From NCBI RefSeq assembly GCF_001194135.2, contig NC_068986.1, forward strand, positions 75,014,518 to 75,074,010: 59,493 bases of DNA. The letters run 5' to 3'. Of the stretch, positions 27,410-38,940 are shown piece by piece. The position numbers and the translations under genes were made by a program. Every line of letters begins with the position of its first letter. Within the stretch, counting starts at the first letter, position 1. The DNA is from Octopus bimaculoides. Taxonomy: Eukaryota. The notes below the pieces were generated by a model. That model saw only the letters and a list, made by a program, of their open reading frames with translations. It ran no database searches and had not been told where the DNA came from.

Positions 27410-28002
27410 ATTTGGGGGTGGTCATATTGCCAGTTTAGCCAATAAAAACACACGCACTGTATATTTGGTGTTAATTTGCTTCAGCTTTATATTACATAAC
27501 ATTACATTAATCCTATTTCGGCCAGAGTTCTTTCGTCACACTTCTGTGACCTCATCAGTGGTCCTTTGCTTTCTTCCTTCTTATGTGTGTCCGTCCCACC
27601 TTGCTAACTATCAGCCATTTTGTATTTTCAGTGTATAATTTGGAGGAGACACACAGTTTAACAAAATGAAGCTGTTGAGTCGTCACGGTTTTCCGTAGGC
27701 AACTGAATACAGTGTTTTTCAGTATCTTGCTATCCTGGCTAGGGCTCACGTTCTTCCGTTTATATATTTGTTTTGCAAGATTTTTGATGTGAAATCGTGT
27801 GTTGAAACAGATGTTGTTGTATTTGGGGATGGTCATATTGCCAGTGTAGCCAATAAAAACAAGCACTGTATATTTGGTGTTAATTTGCTTCAGCTTTATA
27901 TTACATTACAAAATACAAAATGGCTGATAGTTAGCAAGGTGGGACACACATAAGAAAGAAGAAAGCAAAGGACCACTGAAGTGTGACAAAAGAACTACAG
28001 CC
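27410..28002 (-). mobile_element. PLE-like non-autonomous unit: direct-repeated tail, hammerhead, and inverted partial copy
   Basis: ~85-bp direct repeat at 27410-27496 and 27821-27905 (offset 411 bp). Inverted repeat at 27520-27628 and 27910-28002. Hammerhead motif inside. Confidence 0.7.
27520..27564 (-). ncRNA. Minimal type-I hammerhead ribozyme motif
   Basis: Minus strand: GGACCA-CUGAUGA-G-GUCACA(GAAG)UGUGAC-GAAA-G-AA-C-UC-UGGCC. Perfect 6-bp stem II, CUC cleavage triplet, short stem I with one mismatch. Confidence 0.6.
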
Positions 28003-28009
28003 GGCTATT

Positions 28010-28155
28010 GCCTGTAAAGGTTTTAGCTGCCAATTCTGTACAAGACATTGTAGATCATTAGCTGGGCTAAAAAGTCACATTCGATCACTGCACCGTTAAC
28101 AGATAAGCCTCGTGCAATAGCCATACTCGATAACGAGGAGGCAGCCGTCATCCTG
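28010..28155 (+). mobile_element. 3' end of an RTE-type LINE: terminal C2H2-like finger, short UTR, (TGTA)n tail
   Basis: 28019-28099 reads GFSCQFCTRHCRSLAGLKSHIRSLHR*, followed by about 50 bp and then a TGTA run. Confidence 0.6.
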
Positions 28156-28269
28156 TATGTATGTATATATGTTTGTATGCATGCATGAATGTATGGATGT
28201 ACATATGCATGAATATACCTACGCTCGTATGTATGCATGTATGTATGTATGTAATTATGTATATATGTC

Positions 28270-28715
28270 ATTCAGTTTCATTCCTAGATTTCTTGACAAT
28301 AGAGAAAGAGCTGGTTTCTAACCTAGATCCAAGGCTCCCTTTTTGGAATTTTAACTTCAACAACAGGGTATGTATGTATGTATGTATGTATGTATGTTTG
28401 TATGTATGCACGTTTGTATACGTGCAGATTTGTATGTTTTGTTTTATTTATGCATTCTCATGCATATGGGTGCATATCTAGACATGCTCATCATATATAC
28501 TTAAATGATAAACTTCTGGAAAGCTTTACAGATTTCAATAGTTCCACTGATGGATTGGATCTGTAGTCTTCGAATCATTTTTCTCCTTTCTGGTTTTGAG
28601 AAGCTTAATTTCTCAAAACTGGTATTTAGGCAGTGTGTTACATATTCCAGGGTCCCAATAATTACAGGTATAAACCTAAACTTGTAATCAGGATAGAATA
28701 ACTGCTGATTTCTCA
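28270..28715 (-). mobile_element. 3' fragment of a second RLE-type non-LTR element embedded in (TACA)n
   Basis: Minus ORF end YPDYKFRFIPVIIGTLEYV...IQSISGTIEICKAFQKFII* resembles the RLE C-terminus (IPVIIGALG). TACA repeats lie on both sides. Confidence 0.6.
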
Positions 28716-28850
28716 ATATGTATGTTTTTTTATGTATGTATGTATGTATGTATGTATGTATGTATGTATGTATGTATGCATGCATGCATGCATGTATATA
28801 TGTGTGTTTGTATGTATGTATGTATATATGTATGTATGCATGTATGTATG

Positions 28851-28884
<34 letters not shown>

Positions 28885-28949
28885 TGTGTGTATGTATGTA
28901 TTATGTATGTATGTATGTATGTATGCATGAACATATGCCTCATCCATTC

Positions 28950-30325
28950 AGTCTGCTCAATTCGGTGCGGCTGTTGGACGTTCTTTTATGCGTTTAAAAC
29001 ACAAGAGAACATACGAAACCTAAATTCATCATAGCACACTGGAATGTAGATCCAAATGGATCTTCAGCAGAACTTAGCACTGCATTAGATTCAAGGGAAC
29101 TACAAACATATGTTATTGATATCGCTGCTCTTTCAGCGACTCGCGTTCCTGAAGAGGTCATACATTATTTTCGAAGCGATAGAAAGCACATGATAACAAG
29201 AGAGCAACTGTGAGTTCCTTAATCTGCAAACTTGGTTCAGAGGCTAACATAACTTCCCTGTGGTATTAGTAAACGGTTGACGGCACTGCGACTGCTGCTA
29301 TGAGATATCAAATGGTCGATATACAACTGTTATCAGCGTGTATGCTCCCACACATACTAGAGATGACGCTACAAAGGTGATTTTTATAGCTCCTAATGGA
29401 ATATGCTGCGATATGTTCCAATGGTGATAAAATGAATCTTGGAGACTATAATGCACAAATTATGGGAAACTGAGTGACCTTTGATTGTTTGGGGCTTGGT
29501 GTCAGAGATGTTAATAATCATTTGCTTTTGCTGCAATTATGCACCGAGTTTCACCTGCATATCTAAAGCGCACAAATATCAAACACAGATGTGACCATGT
29601 CACAACTTGGACGCATCCAAGATACTATCAGAAGCAACTATTTGACTATGTACACGTCCAAAAGCGAGATACGCAAGATGTCTACATCGTTCTTTCTATG
29701 TGCGGTACTGAATGCTCGAGTGACTGTGCTTTATTTAATAAGAGCCAGACTGCGTTTGATAATAAAACTAGCGGTCAGAAATCATGATGAAGTTAAAATC
29801 CCAAAGCCACTAGATATGAGAAGCAGCATCAACAAGATGTATAAGATGCTTTCTAAGAACGTGTCGTAACAATAAACGACACATCGTCAGAAATGAACTT
29901 CATAATACAGCTCATGAAATTCTTGTTACAACTCCTGCAAAATAAAGACTAGTTCGACGAAAAAAGGCTATAAAAAGAATACTTTACAACAAAATGATAA
30001 CGTAGCGAAATAGTACGAGAAGGGATATCAATAGGAAAGGCGTCTTCAACTGGAACAAAATTTCCCGCGTACAAAACCCACTTCTGAACGCATTCTGTGA
30101 GTTATGCAGGAAAACGGATAGTCATAGTCGAGACCGGCGTCTGACATACAAATAAATGCTGATGCTCAAAACAAAAAAAAAGTGCTTTATACTTAGATAA
30201 AGCAAACCTTTGAAACAAAATCTACAATGACGGCTGCTCTTCGATCTAAGAATGGAAGAGATCTGCTTAAGGGCAGACACGGCATTCTTAAGAGATGGAA
30301 GGAACAGTTCCATGAGCAATAGAGA
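28950..30325 (+). mobile_element. RTE-clade LINE 5' part (AP endonuclease and linker), truncated before RT
   Basis: IAHWNV, IDIAALSATR, TVISVYAPT, TTWTHPR...FDYVHVQKRDTQDV and ILKRWKEQF are RTE/BovB-like motifs. Many disablements. Confidence 0.85.
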
Positions 30326-30915
30326 CTCTCAAGTCTTCTACTTAATGTCTACATGTGAACTCTGATCCAGAAATTACTGCTCATTTTATTTTCGTATATA
30401 ATATTATATATATTATTAATATCTCATCCTTTTTAAGTTGGTGAGGTATGATTTAAAGGAAAATTGTCTGCTATTTCTGTCATACCAAGTGGCCACATAG
30501 AGCCCACACTTACTGGTTCAAATTTATGTCCTAGAGATATTATTTCGCAGAAGTAGCAAGCATTAGTTTGCTGCTGTTTAACTTAGTCATATTTTAGATG
30601 CAAGATAAGATCAGTTTTGCTACGTTGATGTTTTACAGTAATGTTATGTAACGAAGTTTTAAACCACACACCACTCATCTCTCTGACTTACTGAAAGGGT
30701 TCGTTTATTGATGGCAGTGCTTTCAGTAAAATTCCGCTGCTGAATTCAAGAGTGCCTCATCAAATAAGAAACTGCGAATATTATTTTGCCTCAAACGTAA
30801 ACAATTACACACATACGAACACTCTCACGAACACACGCACACACTCTCACGAACATGCGCGCACACAGACACACGCACACACGCGCACACATGTACATGC
30901 ATACGCATACACACA

Positions 30916-31148
30916 TAAGGCGAGCTGACAGAAACGTTAGCATGCCGGGCGAAATGCGTAGCGGTATTTCGTCTTCCGCTACGTTCTGAGTTCAAATTCC
31001 CCCGAAGCCGACTTTGCCTTTCATCCTTTCATGGTTGATTAAAAAAGTACCAGTTACGCACTGAGTTCGATATAATCGACTTAATCCGTTTGTCTGTCCT
31101 TGTTTGTCCCCTCTGTGTGTAGCCCCTTGTGGGTAATAAAGAAATAAC
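30916..31148 (+). mobile_element. Family-A SINE
   Basis: GGCGAGCTGACAGAAACGTTAGC...GAGTTCAAATT...GCCTTTCATCCTTTC. Confidence 0.85.
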
Positions 31149-31457
31149 ACATACACACAGACGCAACTTCTAGGTACCAGTGCCCTGGTATTCTCGTTCC
31201 GATATACGCAATGCAAAGCATGTAAATTGGTCTCCATCATCTTCGACGATGAATATTATTTTTGCTCGATCAACTAAACTGCCCACTCATTATATTATAG
31301 CCTTAATGGCTGAGTATTAAATATGTATTCTTCAGAGAATTCTCAGGCAGAATCAGCGTGACACAGTGTATGCAACAAACCTGAAGATTTGACTTTCATA
31401 TTAATAACTTGTAGGGACGTGGCATTTCGTTATGCAACCGTAGCATACTATATTGCT

Positions 31458-31841
31458 TTCTTTTATTTGTTTCAGTCATTTGACTGCGGCCGTGCTGGAG
31501 CACCGGCTTTAGTCGAACAAATCGATCCCAGGTCTTATTCTTTGTAAGCCTAGTTCTTATTCTATCGCGCACTTTTGTAGAAACGCTAAGTTACAGGGAC
31601 GTAAACACACCAGCATCGGTTGTCAAACGATGTTGGGGAGACAAACACAGACACACAAACATATATATATATATACGACTGGATTATTTCAGTTTCCGTC
31701 TACTAAATCCACTCACAAAGCTTTGGTCGGCTCGAGGCTATAGTAGAAGACACATGCCCAAGGTGGCACGCAGTGGAACTGAACTCGGAACTAAGTATTT
31801 GCTGGGGAGCAAGATACTTTGCACATAGCCACTCCCGCGCT
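31458..31841 (-). mobile_element. Family-B tRNA-derived SINE (CORE-like box)
   Basis: Minus strand has a tRNA-like head followed by CCTTGGGCATGTG, close to the CORE-SINE box CCTTGGGCAAGT. Internal (CA)/(AT) tract; sister copy at 43590. Confidence 0.85.
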
Positions 31842-31920
31842 TACTATATAAAGTATATTTAAATGTTTTCTATTTGTCCACATCATGTTCTACTGTGTTA
31901 GGAGTGCGCTTTACTTACAA

Positions 31921-32331
31921 CAATTGTTAACGTTATCTCTACAGATATACTATAGTAATTATTGCCAGCATTGATTTTTGTTACGACGTTTCGTATCCGA
32001 GACCAATTTTACATATTAAACACATTCCTGTAAACTGGTACGTAAATAGGACGAGGTATTTCGAATAGCGTTACACCGCTGTATTTAGTGGATATTTAAG
32101 GAATGTGTTCGTGGATGATTAAGGGGTTAGATGGGTGCTGACGAAGGAGCGAAAGCTTCCCAAATATGGTCTAAACGCCCATTACCCTTTGTTCATCTTC
32201 GATCTCATTATTTGTTTACATCTGACGTTTTCGGATACGAAACGTCGTATATAATTATCTATAGAGATAATTATACGTTGTATATAATTATCTATTGAGA
32301 TAATTATCTGTAGAGATAACCTTAACAAGTG
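31921..32331. mobile_element. Fold-back element with 27-bp terminal and 19-bp internal inverted repeats and a decayed hammerhead
   Basis: 31921-31947 pairs with 32305-32331 (2 mismatches). 31982-32000 pairs with 32231-32249 (perfect). Confidence 0.75.
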
Positions 32332-32429
32332 ATTTGAGTTTCAGGTAGAATGCATTATGAATGGCGGAATACTTCACTGATATGTGTACATTTAAAGTAA
32401 TTCTCTCTTTCTCTCTCTCTTTCTTTCTC

Positions 32430-32460
<31 letters not shown>

Positions 32461-33492
32461 TTCTCTTTATATATATATATATGCTTGTTTGTTGTACCTT
32501 GTTTATCATTTTGTCCATGTTCTTTTGCCACGTCATGTACCTAGTTTTGTATCTATATGTACATGTAAATGAAGGTATGTACATACATGTACATATATAT
32601 GCATATACNNNNNNNNNNNNNNNNNNNNNNNNNNNNNNNNNNNNNNNNNNNNNNNNNNNNNNNNNNNNNNNNNNNNNNNNNNNNNNNNNNNNNNNNNNNN
32701 NNNNNNNNNNNNNNNNNNNNNNNNNNNNNNNNNNNNNNNNNNNNNNNNNNNNNNNNNNTATATATATATATATATATATTTCACACACACACACACATAT
32801 GCTCATAGTAATATTTGTTCTTCCTCCTTTTGTCACGAAAAAAAGAAAAGCAACCTTCGTAACTCTGGCGTCTTGGTTTCGTATAGAACGCAAAATGATT
32901 TCCTTACAATACAAAGCAACATTGGACCCTTGTATTTCCGGAACAGTCCGGCTAAATAATTTACCTTAGGGTGTTCATCCTTGCAGTTTCATACACAAGG
33001 CATGAGTCGACCTCATGCTCGTCTAAAAAGACATTCACCCAAGCTGCTTTGCTATGGAATCTAGCCCAAGTCATCATAATTATGAAGGTTATTAGGTGAC
33101 CACTAGGCCATACCTGTATCATAAACAGTGTACACAGACTCACTTACACAAGCACCTGTTTGTATTTACAAACGTACACTCGCACATTAAACACCCTCAT
33201 ATCTATCTATTTATGCACCGCCCAGATATGATGAATTCTAGAGTCGATGCGTATCAGTGAGTATATTAACTCATACATAGATAAATACATACATGTATGT
33301 GTGCATGTGCGTATACTCGTGTTTGAGTGTGTGTGGGGAGTGATGATACTCTGCCATTTAGGCTCAGATACTATGAATAGTTGGTTAGTTAATCGGTCAA
33401 CAGTAATATTCTTCGTCGGCACCGATGGAGATACATTTAATCATGTTATACTACGTAAGAGCGAGCGTATCTACGTACTAAATTTCTGTATG

Positions 33493-33561
<69 letters not shown>

Positions 33562-34049
33562 TGTGTGTGTGTGTGCGTGAATGTGTATGTGTGTGTGTGT
33601 GTGTGCGTATGTGTGTGTGTGTGCGTGCAGGTGCATGTTTGCTAATGTGTGAGTATATTTGCTTACGTTAAAGGTAAAATAATATGCGCACAATTGTCTG
33701 ATGAGGCAGTGGAATTTTACTGAAAGCACCACCATTGATAATAAACGAACTCTTTCAGAAAGTTTGAAAGATGAGTAGCAAAACTAATCTTATCTCGCAT
33801 CTAAAAAATGACTAAGCTGAACAGCAACAAATTAATATTTTCTTCAGCTACAAAATAAATATCGCCAGAACATAAACATAGTCAAGCCAATAATTGCGAA
33901 CTCTATGTGCCTGATGAACATGCTAGAACTAACTGACAGTTCTCACGCAAATTATACCTTATCGTTTTAAAGAAGGGCGGATATTAGGTAATTATGAATA
34001 TAATGCAATAATAAATCTCTGAACGAGGTATAAACAGTAGCAGCACGAC

Positions 34050-34481
34050 AACGTGAAGAATATTTACCACTTAAATGTGGCTAAGCCCTAAGGGCGAATG
34101 CTACTGTAGCTTGTAGCCCCAAGAGAATATCTCCAGCTGGCTATTGACACACTTTATGTGCCCTGTCAGTATTTGCAAAGGGAAGTCATACTTCCTATCG
34201 TCGATCTGCAAAAAAAGATATATGTATTTGCATTGGGAGCCCTTCGCATCGAAGATCGGTGATTGTCGTACGCTGACGAAGGGTAAATACCCAGAAACCC
34301 GGGTCCGTGCGTATCACGTCAGATCGACGATAGGAAGGATGACTTCCCTTTGCAAATACCGACAGGGCACAGAAAGTGTGTCAATAGCCAGCTGGAGGAG
34401 ATGTTCTCCTGAGACTACAAGCTACAATAGCATTCGCCCTTAGAGGTTAGCCGCATTTAAGTGGCAAATATACTTCACATT
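34050..34481. mobile_element. Fold-back element with ~160-bp inverted arms and a 111-bp spacer
   Basis: 34050-34208 is the near-perfect reverse complement of 34320-34481. Confidence 0.9.
34267..34311 (+). ncRNA. Minimal type-I hammerhead ribozyme motif in the fold-back spacer
   Basis: CGUACG-CUGACGA-A-GGGU(AAAU)ACCC-A-GAA-ACCCGGGU-C-CGUGCG. 6-bp stem I, palindromic stem III ACCCGGGU, GUC cleavage after 34305. Confidence 0.75.
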
Positions 34482-36317
34482 AATGAATATAATGCTTTCT
34501 TTGAAAATAAGATGAAATAGTCATTGCTGGATCAGAGCTAAGACAAAGCAACATAAAGGAGGCATGTATAAAAATAGATCGAGCCGGTGGAATGTTTATC
34601 TCGTATAACACAAGCCCATTGGTGTTATATATTCAGAAAGAAAGATGATTATGAATGGAACATACATGTCCGTTGCTCTACTGATTCAATACTCATCTGA
34701 GATTTAACAGCAACAACAGCAACAAGATATTTTGGTACTTTAAAATGATGGAGTCATTTTGAAGTGTTATATTGAACGCGTCAGCTAACACGCAAATCTT
34801 GCAATCAATACTATAATGAAGTCTTCCAGGTGGAATGTTATAACACATTGAGATGTTTGATAAAACTCAAAGTCGAAATCAGATTGATTTGGTATTCATA
34901 CTGTTGAAGGTTAGACGAACTCAAGTAATCTCCACTCATACCTGCTAGCTGGTAACACTTTAAGGCATGAAGACCCCCATAATTCCACTAGTAACCACGC
35001 TTCTCCTTTCTGTTCCCTTCCGCCTCTTTCTCTCTTCCACTTCTCTTATCTCCTCCCTCCTTCTCTCTCTGGAATTGACTGTGATCATATCTGAAGAGGA
35101 ATGACATTCACCTGTCACAAATGTCCAAGAGTCGGCATGTACCATGACAGCACATCTATAACTCAACTAAGAGATGAGGACTAAAAGAAAGAAGAAAGAG
35201 ACTATGGTTCGCCGACGATGACTAGTAAAACTGAAACATATCCACAATTATCATCTATACCTGCCAAGAAGAGATTCAAATAAAAGTAATCATTGAGCTA
35301 ATAATTCCTTCTTTTCTCATTAATTAATCGATTATTTTTCTTATTAGATTGTTCATGGTAGTATTGCCTTGACGTAAACACAAATCTTAAACTTAGAACA
35401 CACCAATCGTCATTTTAACCTCTTTGCATTGGTCCTTCAGATGTAGCTTATTATAATTAACTATATTTCAACAAGTAATTTCGTCTATCACCAGAAATGC
35501 CAATGTTTCCAAATCTCGATTTTAATCAATTCCTTGCTTCGAAACAGAATGATGACGTCAACTGATTTGACAGCATTAATAAAACCCGGATGCAGGAAGA
35601 CGACCTTTTAATCACTAAGTGTGATGTATTAGTCTTCAATAATGAAATTAACCTTGCCAGTATTTTTTCTTCCTTATTTGCAAAGAAACAACCACAACAA
35701 AAATAGTGCCAGAAACAAACAACCGACAAAACGCAACAATCAAAGTTCACAAAAAAAAAAAAAAAATGAAAAAAATGGCGTCGGCGACAGCAACAGCAAC
35801 ATCGGTGATGAAAACAGTAACAATGGTGATGAAAGGGAAGAAGAAGAAAAACGGATAGGCTGGCGAAGACAGTTTGAAGCAAAACAATATTAACCATGTT
35901 TTAATGTAATTTGAAAAGGCGTAAAATGGAACTAAAGCCAAAATCTGTGTCATTTGCTCGAGCTGTTTTTGACGTAACTAATTTGCATAAACAGGTGACA
36001 CACACACAATGTACTATTCGATATATATGTATATGCATGTGTGCGTTTATATGATTATGCATGCCCGCAACATACACGCAATTTTCACATGTGCGGATGT
36101 ATATGGGAGAGAGAGATAGATTGAAGGAGAAACAAAGAGAAAGAGGGATAACAAGCAATAAGGATGAGCAAAATAGAGTAGACATAAAAAAATGAAAACG
36201 ATGGAGATAGATAGATAGATAGATAGATAAAGAGACAAATGAATTGATAGATAGAGAAGGAGATAGAAATAGAGATACAGAGAGAAGATAGATAAACAGA
36301 CAAATTGACATACATAC

Positions 36318-36362
<45 letters not shown>

Positions 36363-36788
36363 CATGGATGGATGGATGGATGGATGGGTGGATGGATAGA
36401 TAGATAGATAGATATAGAGAGAAGAGGGAGAGAGGGGGGAGAAGAAGGGGAGAGAGACAGGAGTGAGACTGGCAGAAAACGACACTGGGTGTATGTCATT
36501 TAAAAATATGTAATAACAGCTTCCCAAAATAAACGAAACTGCTATATCTTGTGTCTCTATGCGTCTGAAGTGAGAGGCAAAATGGAGAGGTAAAATTGTG
36601 ACCTAGACAGATTACTGGGTTTTTTTTGTTTGTTTGTTTTGATTCTGATATACAACAATAATCCATAAATAGCTTGAAATACATTGAAATACATATATAT
36701 ATAGACGCATATATATTATATTCACGCGTATGTATGTATGTATGTATGTATGTATGTATGTATGTATGTATGTATGTATGTATGTACA

Positions 36789-36868
<80 letters not shown>

Positions 36869-37329
36869 ATAATTGTTTCTCATTTAGGCTGAAGGCTAGC
36901 AGTTTCGGAGACAAATTTTAATCGATAGCTTCGAGCCGAGTACTTTATTCTCCCACTCTGCAGAGATGAAAGGTAGATTGAATCCTGGCAGGGGAAAAAA
37001 AGCCGGAAGGAAAATGCAAGGTTTTTTTTCCGACACTCTAGCGATTATGCCGTTTCAATCACTATTAGCTGGTAATAGTAAAAGCATTATATTGCTGCAA
37101 ATACAACACTTCACAAGGATGTTACAAAAGCAAATTTAGTAAATAATGTTCCTGTCTACAGCAGGAGTAAACATGAAAAACAACAACAAAAAGAAAACAA
37201 TAAAATAATGCAGCGAAATGAAGTGTCTCAATGGAGTAGCCACCTAAAGCCAGTAAAAGAGAGTATTAATAGATCCCGTATTACCAATATTGCAGAGGCC
37301 AAAAACTATCTCTCACTTATTTCTTCGGT

Positions 37330-37900
37330 TTACAGTTGCAAGGTGAGAGTAGGCCCATTCAACATAGGCCATACTCTTCTCCATTTTTTCCAAGCATTCA
37401 GCAAATTTAAAGGACCTCCCACTCGATCCTAACATTGCTCTTCGAGTGTTATTTGAAAAACTGATCGGTGAGTGACCGGGTCAAATGCAAAATCCTATCC
37501 TTTGTCACCTCAATCTTGAACACAAAACTACTACCATTTTCACCACTAGACACAGGAACATAGATTTCTCTTCTAGACTAAAGAAGAGTCATAGAGAGAC
37601 CTTCATGATATCCCTGGTTGATTGCTAGATACATCCGATACGTATCAACAGCCGCTTGAAATATAACTCTACAAGTCAGCGATGTTTGAGCATTCGAGCT
37701 GTATGTGGTGAACTGTTTCGTTATTCAACGAAGATCCGAAGCAGCTCCGGATTATACTACTACTGTACCTCTGTTTACCTCCAATTGACAAAGTTTTTAA
37801 GAAGCACTGCAAATCCAGAGTCTTTTTGAAGTTGTCCATATCATGTGAGTAGAAAGTATTTAGGAATAGACTATTTAATTACTTCACATCAACAATCAGA
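37330..37900 (-). mobile_element. Old Tx1/L1-clade LINE 3' relic
   Basis: Minus-strand MDNFKKTLDLQC, NETVHHIQLECSNIADL and VRIEWEVL are collinear with the younger copy at 46713-47540. Shared DNA words include GAGTAGGCCCATTCA and ACCTCCCACTC. Confidence 0.7.
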
Positions 37901-38559
37901 TCTCAATCATGAACAATACTTACTATAGATTAAAACGGCCCAGGTTTTAAAGATTGAAATACTTGTAGAAGATTATTACCACCTGACAATATTCCCCTTT
38001 ATTCATGGCTAGAGCTCAAACGAAGAGATGAGCTGTGGAGAAAAGGACCCTGACAAAAATCGATCGCATCTGTAGGACTCTTTGTGAACGTCTCAGCCTC
38101 AGCTTGGAACCATATCACGCACTATTTGCAGTCTGTTAAGGACTGTATCTTTCGTCTGGTGTTCGTAATGCACCTCACCCATTCGGATCTATCGATTGAC
38201 TTTATAGTCCTCATGCATTAACTCACAACATTGACTCGGACAACGCAACCTCTATGTTCAGTTGGATAGGAACTGTCAACATTCAATTTCGGTTCGCTAG
38301 ATTATCTGTTAGTTCTTGCTTATAATTTCGGCTTAACTTACTCCCCTAATGGGTAATTGTAGGATTTCAATCTCCTAAATCCCGCCTCAAATTTTATAAT
38401 AGGTTAGTTAGTGTTTATGCGTTCTATTCAGGTTTATTCTATAGTTCACAAACTTGTAGTACCGCTAGAAAACCACCAGAAAATATGAATAACATATAAC
38501 ATCGTTATCAACTGCCCTTACGAGAACTCTACGAAGTGGATAGTTTATTTGATCAAGTT

Positions 38560-38900
38560 ACGATTGGGTAATCAATTAACATTTGTTAGACAATGAGAAA
38601 CACACGAGTAGATTTAAGGGTCTCTTGCAAACTTCCTATCAGACGCTAGTACTGTCAGATCCCGACGTACGTCAAAAATAGCATTTCAGTCAATCTCTAA
38701 TACTAATGTACAACATGAAGCCAAAAAGGTATCCAGGCATTGAAAAAGCATATTTATCCAGTCCTCGTTAAAATTTATATGTCCTTCTGAGAGTACCGTC
38801 CAATCTTTGATCATCGTTCACACTGATAGCTGGATCAATGATAACTGATCTGCTATACAGGTCAAGAACCATCGATCTTACATGAGTATAGCTCTGCGGC
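38560..38900 (+). mobile_element. Possible CR1-like RT C-terminal relic
   Basis: YRPIFDHRSH resembles RPILEYCSH; the rest is heavily decayed. Confidence 0.3.
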
Positions 38901-38940
38901 TGTAGTTATGGTTTTTTGCACGCATGAATTGCTGTCTTAA

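Noticed and set aside
33695-33735. CTGATGAG...GAAAG as another hammerhead
   Set aside because: Stem II does not close properly, and no stem I or NUH triplet can be formed.
3715-35785. Several YY1-like AANATGGCG motifs (3715, ~7970, ~17757, ~35773)
   Set aside because: There are few occurrences, no CpG-island or promoter context, and the count cannot be distinguished from chance by eye.
35642-35893. 83-aa N/K/E-rich ORF as an exon
   Set aside because: It is built from low-complexity A-rich, CAA and GAA runs, has a weak acceptor and no recognisable domain.
37440-37900. Plus-strand CR1 RT reading (KCKIL..., RDL)
   Set aside because: The minus-strand Tx1-like reading is far better supported by collinearity with 46.9-47.4 kb.
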